A stretch of 64,000 nt of DNA from contig JBHGNT010000004.1 in the NCBI GenBank assembly GCA_043228905.1, positions 310,001-374,000 on the forward strand, written 5' to 3'. How positions within the stretch are numbered: the stretch's first letter is position 1; every line of letters begins with the position of its first letter. The notes beneath the pieces are model-generated. The model was not told where the DNA came from, searched no databases, and worked only from the letters and a program-made list of their open reading frames with translations. The DNA comes from Azolla caroliniana (taxonomy: Eukaryota > Plantae > Polypodiophyta). The position numbers were made by a program, and so were the translations under genes. Below, piece by piece: positions 40,101-49,700 of this stretch.

Positions 40101-40580
40101 AACATATGGATTCTAGGCTCATCTTAATTAATGACTTACACTTGAAGTGACAATATAATAACTTAATTATCCTCAAATTGGAGTGTCTCAGTGTAACTCT
40201 AAAAACACTTTTGCTACATGATTAGAAAATGAAAGGAAATGAATACATCGATTGATATTTTAGCTGGACTGTAGATCAAGGAAAATGCATATATGTGATG
40301 CTGATTGGCATTCATTTCACATGCTTATTTTAATGTGACAGGCACTGAAATAACTGAAGAAGAAAAAATGATGCGACAACAGTTGGCTGAGAAAGACATG
40401 CAGAAGGATCAACTGTCAGCTTCCTTTGTATTACAGCAGCGGCACGACTCTGTCCAGAGAGCTGGTAAATCTGTATCTGGACGAAAGAGGCCATGGTGTG
40501 ATATAGATCTTAATTTGCCAGTAGAGGATTGGACAACTTCATCGGATGGTTCAAGTGGGGGAGATGTCTCTGAAGACTAA
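31181..40580 (+). CDS. ARI2: ARIADNE RBR-type E3 ubiquitin ligase, plant ARI1/ARI2 clade (7 exons, 5.3-kb last intron)
   Basis: Exons 31181-31312, 31771-31803 (VITKESLLSAQ), 32369-32663, 33580-34060, 34233-34784, 34867-35009, 40342-40580, all phase-compatible GT-AG. RING1 CEICFD..CGHSFCNDCW, IBR KWCPSIPHCGNAI, RING2 [29 protein letters not shown], C-terminal RKRPWCDIDLNLP. ARI1 vs ARI2 orthology is uncertain. Confidence 0.9.
31845..32350. repeat. Decayed ~60-bp tandem array filling intron 2 of the second ARIADNE gene
   Basis: ACTGTCAA..TGTTAAAAAGAGG..TGTAGA..GGATTTTGT units at ~31851, 32047, 32108, 32231 and 32289, plus more degenerate copies. Confidence 0.6.
32700..33530. repeat. Decayed ~60-65 bp tandem array (~13 units) filling intron 3 of the second ARIADNE gene
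   Basis: GATTGTGCAAA-N4-6-TTTGCAAGGA-C/TCTAG-like units at ~32705, 32762, 32821, 32900, 32960, 33010, 33065, 33146, 33215, 33272, 33341, 33400 and 33477. Confidence 0.7.
35198..35632. repeat. Diverged ~232-bp tandem duplication in the last intron of the second ARIADNE gene
   Basis: CACCCATAACTCTTGGAATTGTGCAATACTAT...CTTTTGAAGGGGTGAC at ~35202 and ~35436. Confidence 0.85.
36470..36935. mobile_element. Possible decayed MITE/foldback element (GC-richer inverted arms around an AT-rich core)
   Basis: Left arm GTCCCTGGAACA..GTCATAGGGGAAGGAAACCTGTGAC partly matches the reverse complement of right arm GTCACCCGTTCCCTGTCCTCATGAC..TGTCCCAGGAATC; no TSD seen. Confidence 0.35.
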
Positions 40581-42457
40581 TCAGTGATTATCACATGGCA
40601 GTTATCTTCTTTACAAAAGCTTTTTCACGAAATCATGTGCTGAGTTTACAGAAATGGACTGATATTCCAGGACATAAAAGTGGTCAAAAACAAGAATATT
40701 GTGCAAAGCTGGGAGGATATATTTGCAGAAACAATTCGAGCCAGGGAAGAATCATATCCCCCTCTTCCTCCCCCCCTCCCCCAAATTTCAAGTGGTGTAC
40801 ATTCTTCTGGAAATTGTTGCTTTCGTCACAACATTTGGTCATCATCGTCCTTATAATACTGCTCAGGTCTGTGGTGGAGTTTCCAGAGGTTTTAAAGGTT
40901 GTGTGTCAAAAGCCCAAGGCTTTATATATATGTGCCTACGGTGGTTTGACTGGTCAAATATATGCCAAAAAAGTTCAGTTCATGTCCAGCTATAAATGTA
41001 ACTCTGTAACCATTTTTCGGTTAATAAAACAAGGCTTAAGATGCCGGACATGTTCTGTTTACTTCCTAAAGCTGTGCAGTTACAATTATGAAAAAGGAAA
41101 ACAACATTGTTCAGTATACACTATTGGTGATCATAATCTGACGCAGCTGTCTCTGCTTGAGAACCAAAGTTTCGACCAGTATAGAGTACTGCTGCTTGTT
41201 TTATGATTTTTGCATTACATTCAACCAATATATGAAATGTTTGTGAATATCTGGTATGACATCTTTTTTGTTGCCAACATTAAATTTGTTTTTAGTCAGA
41301 CCATTCATCAATTCATGAGTCGCTTGCTGGTGAAACATGTGATCTATTTACTAAGGCAATGAATTGTGTAATGAAAACATGCCAAACAAGTCGCCCCTTA
41401 TATTGTTCACAAATTAAAGTGTTTTCTGAATGTTTTGTGAATAATAAGAGATTATGTTCTCAGAGTATAGTCTTTGTGGTGAAGACTTTTTTGGTGCATG
41501 TGTTGTAGAATTCTCTTGCTTATGATTTTCTGATGCTGTATATACAAGCCCTTGATTAAGAGTAAAGTACCTTAGGAGTTGCTGAATTTGTGCCCTTGCT
41601 GTATAATTAATTCCACAAGTGGTTTTGTTTTTGTGGACATAACAATAGCTACCTATTGGAGTGAACAATATTGATGCCAAAATCTCAAATTGTTTCCAAA
41701 TTGTTTCCTATGTAATAATAATAAACATCAAGGGATGGCAGCACAAAAAGTCATCATGTGTGCCGATCCAACACCCCACCTATGTAATCACCAATGTAAC
41801 TTCAACATAGATTACCATTGATTTGTTACTAATAGGTAATTAGTTGTTGAACGTAGCTACTATGAAATTTACATTTTTGTAAAGAGGTTCAATAAAATGT
41901 TAAATTGATCATGGAAGCCTCAAAAACCTTTACCTAATGCTAGGATTGCCAAGTTGCATGTGAGCACTTCGTAAGTGCATGCACACTTCTTATGCATTCA
42001 TATTGTCCTTTACCTTGCCTCCACAATTGCTTCGGTTGTCAAGCTTGTTGCAAATAGGGATATTTTTGGGAAAGGCTGATTAGGGTAAACAAGTGTGTAC
42101 CCCTCCAAGTCCAAGTAAATAGAGGAAATGGTTAGGACTTGGAGAGGGTTTGTTGGTCATTTGAGAGTGCAAAGAGGCTTCTATATTTGAGACTTCTGGT
42201 TGTGATCTTGCCAATGTTTGTCGTTTATGTTGAGTTGTAGAATTTTGTGTAGTTTGTTTGCAACAAGTGTATGTGTCGACCATCTCAAAGTGGTATTAAA
42301 ACTTTGACAGTTCATCTATAACCACTTAAGGAATAGCCTTTGGAAGATCCAAAGAGCTTACAAGGAAGTTGAGCTGGTACAAACAAAAGAAAGGAGGAAG
42401 AAGAATCAAAGGAAAGGGGGAGTTTTTGCACCAAGCTTCCATATCATTTAAAGATTC

Positions 42458-45004
42458 TGTTATGAATATGTAGATGGCCACAACCAGTCAGCCCGTGTAA
42501 ATGAGAGACACAAGAACCAAGACAATCAAGAAATAGTAGACAAGAACAAAGTATAGAGACACATAATTTTAACGTGGAAAACCCTGAAAGGGAAAAACCA
42601 CGAGAGTCCACAAACTCTAAACAAATCACTATGGTAAGAGGAATACACAGGAAACTCTAAGGCAACAACCTTGAGCTCCTCTTTGTCTGGCGATGGCTAC
42701 AGAGTTACAACTCTCCCTCTCTCTCTCTCTCTCCTATACACTAGTTACACTCGTTAATACACTAGTTCTAAAAAATGCACACACACCTTACTAAATGATT
42801 TGCCCTAGGTGTATTTATACTAATACACACTATGGGCTATTTACAAATATGACCCAGTCAACTTTGGCCGATTCGGCTATTAGCCGAGTCGGTTATCGGT
42901 CGATTATTAGTCAGTCGATTTTTCGGCCTCGATTGATTTAGCTATCGATTGATTCAGCTGGCTATTATCCGACTCTTCAATTGATTGGCTTCAGGCCGAT
43001 CCGTTCGGTTCTCCATCCTATCCGACTTGTCTTCTCCCAATCCGGAGGGACCAGTTTTCCCAACAAACTCCCCCTTCACTCCGAGATGGGGTAGTTCACC
43101 AGTCCGACTCTTTGTCGGCACACGCTCAGCCTCTCTGCAAACTGCACCTTCGTCAACATATTCGATCTGTTGTTGTTAGTGTGGATCTTTACTAGAGCAA
43201 AATCCATTTCTTCTACCCTCTCCCTAAGCCAATGGTATCTCCTCTGGATGTCCTTAGACTTGGAGTGGTAGGCGACATTATTTGCAAGGTGGATGGTACT
43301 TTGATTGTCGCAGTAGAGTCGGAATTCCTCTTGCCGAATTCCCAACTCTCTGATAAATTCCTTCATCCAAATTATCTCCTTCCCGGCTTCTACAGGAGCC
43401 ACGTACTCCGCTTCTGTGGTCGACAACACCACAACCTTCTACAACCTTGATTGTCACGAGATGGCTCCCCCTGCACATGTCATTACATACCCTGATGTGG
43501 ACCAATTGGTACCCATATCAATTGATATGTCTGAGTCAATAGGGTTTAGGGGTTACCTAAGCCGAATCAAAGACACACTCAAGGTGCCTCTCAGGTACCG
43601 AAGAATCCTCTTTACTACAACCCAATGTTCTCTTCCTAGATTGCTCATATACTAGCTCATGACTCCGACTGCGTATCCGATATTCGTCCTTGTACCTACC
43701 ATCACGTATATCAGGCTTTTGACTGTTGAGGCATAGGGGACCTTACTCATCTCAGCCTTCTCCGTCTTCGTCTTTGGACATTGTCTTCCAAACAACTTGC
43801 TACTAGTCGGTAGTGTCGAACAGACTGGTTTCACGTTCTGCATGCTCAATCTCTAGAGCACCTTTGTCACATACTTCTCTTGTGATAGCCACAACAACCT
43901 CTTTATCCTGTCCCGGACAATGTGCATTCCCATGATTTACTTTGCCAGACCCATATCCTTCATTGCAAAAGACCAACTCAAGGCCATTTTCAGGATTTCA
44001 ATTTTTCTCAGGTCTTGTCCGACAATCAACATGTCATCCACGTACAATAGGAGGATGAGGAAATCTCCTCCATCGTGCTTCTTCACAAATACGCAATGGT
44101 CGGCCTACATCTTGTGCTACCCTTGATCAGCCATGAAGGATTCGAACTTCCGGTACCATTGCCGGGGCGCCTACTTCAATATGTAAAGTCTCTTCTTCAA
44201 ACAACATACTAGGTTCTCCTTTCCCTTCTCGACGAATCCCTTTGGTTGTTGCAGATAAATTTCTTCTTTGAGGTCTCCATCCAGAAAGGCCGTCTTGACA
44301 TCCAATTGCTCCACTTTGAGGTGCATGCTAGCCGCTATGCTTAGCACTGTTTGGATGGATGTCATCTTCACCACCAGGGAAAAAATTTCGGCGTAATCCA
44401 CAGTGCACATCCATCTTCTGCTGAAAGCCTTTCACCACGATTTGGGCTTTGTATCTAGGTAGATTCCTACCTTCTCTTGGTTTCAGCTTGTACACCCACT
44501 TGTTTCAGAGAGCCCTCTTTCCTTTCGGCAACTATGGTTCTCATGCATGGAATTCCTCTCATCCTGCATGGCACTCAACCACTCTTGGCTACAGGTATCT
44601 TTCTTTGCTTTCTCGAAGCTTCCCGACTCCCCCTTATCTTTTAGCAGTACATATTCTCTATCCGGAAATCTCTAGGAAAGGCCTTCTCTCCCTTGGAGGG
44701 TATCTCTTGCCTCCATTTGAAGTAGTCAGCTCCGGTTCAACCTCTTCAGTCGGCTCTTCATCCGAATCGGATTCAGGTCCATGTTTAGTCAATGGTCTTC
44801 TTCTGACCGGCTCTCCTTGTGTGCCTATCAGAAATCTTGTATTGGCCGACTCCCAATGCTCCTGAGTTGGCTTTTGACTTTGCCAACTATCTACTCGACC
44901 GACTAGTTTGTATCCGGCTTCGGTCAAATCGACTTGGGTCTGGTTCGGCCGACCAAGAACTCGACTCAAATTGGCCAAGATGGATTTGGCTGTGGTAGTT
45001 GAGC
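42458..45004 (-). mobile_element. Old truncated Ty1/copia: 3' LTR (42458-43065), PPT, degenerate RT/RNase H and INT-RT linker; 5' half missing
   Basis: LTR TGTT..CAACA; PPT AGTGAAGGGGGAG at ~43068-43080; fragments LSTTEAEY, LYCDNQS, QLDVKTAFL, VPYASTV with stops and frameshifts. Confidence 0.88.
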
Positions 45005-45556
45005 CACTCTACTGGTTGCTGAAGGAGGGTTGGAAGTTCGAATGGGACGCAGAGCACATAGAGATGGTCGGAAACTCCGGTTTACGAAACGGTGGATACG
45101 AGTCTGACTAGAATCAGGTGGGTAGTTAATAAAGAAGGCGAGGACGGCACACGGTTCCCCATCCGGTTCGGCGCGAAGGTGCTGAGCGAGCGTCAACAAA
45201 GATACGCCCAGGTTAAATGCAAATTCTGGGGTATCCGGCTTCGGTCAAATCGACTTGGGTCTGGTTCGGCCGACCAAGAACTCGACTCAAATTGGCCAAG
45301 ATGGATTTGGCTGTGGTAGTTGAGCCACTCTACTGGTTGCTGAAGGAGGGTTGGAAGTTCGAATGGGACGCAGAGCACATAGAGATGGTCGGAAACTCCG
45401 GTTTACGAAACGGTGGATACGAGTCTGACTAGAATCAGGTGGGTAGTTAATAAAGAAGGCGAGGACGGCACACGGTTCCCCATCCGGTTCGGCGCGAAGG
45501 TGCTGAGCGAGCGTCAACAAAGATACGCCCAGGTTAAATGCAAATTCTGGGGTATC
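44910..45556. repeat. Apparently identical 321-bp tandem duplication spanning the copia/gypsy junction
   Basis: Units 44910-45230 and 45231-45551, with GTATC microhomology at the boundaries. Confidence 0.93.
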
Positions 45557-46720
45557 ATTTCAGTGGTCAAGGCCGATAAAGTCTACTTGATTGGGATGGA
45601 AGTAATAATTGAGACAGACTGCCATCTTTGGAAAGGACACACCATGGCTGATATGCTCTCAAGAGCACGGTTCGAGAACGAGGACGGTATGGTGTTGAAA
45701 AACGAAGAGGTCGGCGTGGACTTCTTCGAGTCGGCTCGAATGTCGAGGAACAAGTGGAGCACTCCGGCCCTGAATGAGTTCAACGAGGACGGCTACGATG
45801 GGGAGTGGCTTCTGATCGGAAGATTCCTGAGCACGATGACGATGGACACATTGTGGATGAAAGAAGAACCGAGTCGACTCTGGAAGAAAGCTTACAAATT
45901 CATCGTACGTGGTGGGAAAATCTGCCAGCATCCGAAGAAGCGGAACAACGCGCCACTTCGGATGGTGACGTGGGAAGAAGACCAATCGATGTTGATGATG
46001 GAGTTCCATGAGAGTCCTTGGTCCGGACATCAAGGGACGTGGGCCACGTTCGAGAAGCTGAAAGAGAAGTACTAGTGCCTAGGAATGTATAAGGACGTGC
46101 GCCACTTTGTGTCGATGTGCGAAAGTTGCCAGATGCACTCAAGTGGATCCGACACCACGACGAGCTGCACACGACTTACCTGCCAACCATACACTTCAAG
46201 TGGATGGTCAACTTGGTGACGATGCCAATGGGAGTAAGGCAGATGCGATACCTAGTGCTAGTAAGGGAAGATCTGAAGAACCAAGTGGAAGGCCGAGCAT
46301 TGATGAACAAGACAACCGCGGTCGTATGCAAGGTCCTAATAGGATGTTGTCTGCCGATACAGGTCTGTGGGTAAGATTGTGACCGACCGAGGGTAGTTGG
46401 ATGCACAGGAAGCTGAGGAGTGGTTTGACCGATTGGGCGTAAAGCTTTCCCTCACCACGGTGTACAATCTGGAGGCGAATGGGAAAGTCGAGGGTGGACA
46501 TGGGCCAATAGTGAAAGCATTGGTGCGAGCGTGCGACGAACGAGTCGGGAACTAGCTGAGACTACTTCCCTATGCGCTTTGGGCTTACCGAACTACGCAC
46601 AGTTCGGTGACTGGATACATGCCAGTTGAGCTTATGTTCGGACAGAAACCGATCATGCCGGTGGAAAGGACGATCTATTCATGGTTGACAGTCAACTGGT
46701 CCGCAGAGATGAGCCGAGAG

Positions 46721-49700
46721 TGTTGCAGACAAAGTCGTCTGTGCGGAAGATCAAGAAGCATTCGATTGCTGTTGAGTACCTGCGTATGACAGTTTGTAGG
46801 TCGTTGCACAGAGAGAGAGAGAGAGAGAGACAGAGAGGCACAAAAGACTTTCTCTTATTCCATAAAGCAATAATACAACACCCAACCTTACAAAGAGGTT
46901 ACAAGGTCACTATATATAGTGACCGACTTAGGGCAACTACCCTTTATGCTAATTACATAAATGGCCAAAACGGGATAGTGTGAATACGTCCATTATACAC
47001 ATGTATTCGACACTCCCCCGTAATGGGCGTATACATGGGTTATCTAAGATTACAGGTATAGACTTAGGTTCTCGGACATATCAGCTTTGTTCGGATCGGC
47101 AGGGTCCGAAGGCAGAAGACCGAACTGGTCGGGTCGGAACAGTTGAAGCCGATCATTAAGGAACTGATGTCGGTTGTCGGGAACCATCCTGCTCTGTGTC
47201 CGGCTCTAACCGGACTGGTTTGTCGTTACGCCCATCTGATGCCGAAGAGACCGAAAACGGTCTGCCGAAAGACACTTGGTCATTCCATCTGCGACATTGT
47301 CGGTTGTGGATATTTTCTCTAGACCGATTTTCCCTGAAATGACGCAGTCCCGAACGAAGTGATATCGAACGTCGATATGTTTGGAGGCGTTGTGGTGAAC
47401 CGGATTTTTCGACAAGGCAACAGCACCTTGACTGTCGCTGTAGACAACTGGAGCCGAGTCATGGTCGACTTGTCGAAACGTGTGCGCCAGCCGACCGAGC
47501 CACAAAGCTTCTTTTGCTGCGTCGGACGCAGCTACATATTCTGCTTCGGTCGTTGAGGTCGCTGTGCACTCCTGAAGTTTCGACTTCCACGAGATTGCTC
47601 CATTGCCGAATTTGAAGCAGTATCCGGTTGTTGATTTCCGACTGTCTATACAGCCGGCGAAGTCCGAGTCGGTGTAACCGACTACGCCTGAGGTTCGGTT
47701 CGGACCGAAAAGAATGCCGTGGTCTTTTGTGCCAGCCAGATATCTGAACACATGCTTGACTGCGTTCCAATGCGATCGGCCAGGATTGTGCATAAATCTG
47801 CTAACGACTCCTACGGCGTGAGAAATATCAGGCCGTGTCGCGACCATCAGGTACATAAGGGAGCCGACTGCCGGTGCATACGGTACCGACTTCATATCTT
47901 CCCCCTCCGGACCGGATGTCGGGCAGTCTCGCTGAGAGAGCCGAAGATTCATGGGGAGCGGGGTTGAAGCAGATTTGGCTGATTGCATGTTGAAGCGTTC
48001 TAAGACACGTCGGGTATAGTCGGTCTGAGACAAAAAAAGATGTTGTTTATCGCGATGCCGACTAATCTTCATGCCAAGGATGTGTCGTGCCGGACCGAGG
48101 TCCTTCATGGCAAACTTCAACCGCAGTTGCCGAATGAGATCGGCAAGTTCGCCCGCGTGGCGTCCAGAAATTAGCATGTCGTCCACGTAAATGATGAGGA
48201 AGATGGGTGATCCATCTTGAGCTGTGTTGGTAAAGAGACAATGGTCCTCATCGCTTTTTGAGAAGCCGATCGATTGGATGAAGTCGTCGAACTTCTTGTA
48301 CCATTGTCGCGGTGCCTGTTTGAGGCCGTATAGACTCTTCCTGAGTCGGCAGACTAGATGTGCTTGGCCAGTTGCCACGAAGCCTTTTGGCTGCTCCATA
48401 TAAATTTCCTCTTCAAGATCACCATGGAGGAATGCTGTTTTGACATCTAGCTGAATCAGCTCCAAGTTGTCGGCTGCCACTACGCCGAGTAGAAAACGAA
48501 GGGTTGTCATTTTCACCACTGGTGAAAAAATCTCGTCGAAGTCGACGCCATATTCTTGTCGGAAGCCCTTCGCAACTAATCTGGCCTTGTACTTTGGGGT
48601 GGTCGAATCAGACGTCTCTTTTAGTCGATAAACCCACTTGCAAGGAAGAGCACGTCGGTTCCTAGGTAATTCAACCAGATCCCAAGTCTTGTTTGCCCGA
48701 ATGGAGTGCATTTCCGACTCCATCGCCAGATGCCAGGTGGCGGAATCGACAGATGTCGATGCTTCTTCGTAAGACGTCGGTTCGCCGGCGTCGGTGAAGA
48801 AAATTCCAGGAGAATACCTCTCCGGAGGTTGCGATAGTCTCTCGGATCGGCGAGGTAAGATTGGACTGGTCGCATCGGGTATCAAGGTCGGATGGTCCGA
48901 AAGCGGATTGTTCTGCTGTGCCGAGTCGGGGTTGTCCGAGTCGGTAGTGTAAGGTTCAGCTACCCGTGAAGCTGACCGTGTGTTGAGAGCGGGGCCTTCT
49001 TGAAGGGTCGGCACATCGGAAAATGTCACCCTTCGGACTTCGATCGGTTTTTCGACTGATGGATTCATAGCCGACTCGTTGAACACAACGTCCGAACTTC
49101 GAACGATTTGTCTGCGTTCGGGGTCCCAGAGTCGGTATCCCATTTCGCCGTCGGATCCATATCCAAGGAAAATGCATTTCCTGGACCGAGGTGCAAGTTT
49201 TCGGCGATCATCTTTCGGAATAAGGGCGTACGCCTCGCATCCGAAGATCCTCAGCTTGTCGTAATTCGGCTTACTGCCGATCCATAGTTCGTGAGGAATT
49301 TGAAGTCCTAGAGGTCTACTTGGCGACATATTGATTATGTGTACTGCCGTGAGTAGAGCCTCTGCCCAGAAGCCATCCGACAGTCCGGAGTGTTGGAGCA
49401 TGGAAACTGTCCGTTCTTGGATTGTCCGATTCATGCGTTCGGCAATCCCGTTTTGCTCCGGACTGTGTGGTGCCGTAAATTCACGGCGGATCCCGCGTTG
49501 TCGGCAGAATTTGACGAATTCTTCGGATTTAAACTCTCCCCCATTATCTGTCCGAAAGCATTTCAGCTTTCGGTCGGTTTGATTTTCTACCATAGCGAGC
49601 CAATCGGTGAAGATCGAGAAGACCCGATCTTTGGTGCGAATTGGATAAGCCCACACCTTTCGAGTCGAATCGTCAATAAAAGTGACGAAGTAAGAGTCAC

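Noticed and set aside
40595-41206. 203-aa ORF after the second ARI stop codon
   Set aside because: No recognisable domain; lies in the expected 3'UTR; likely chance
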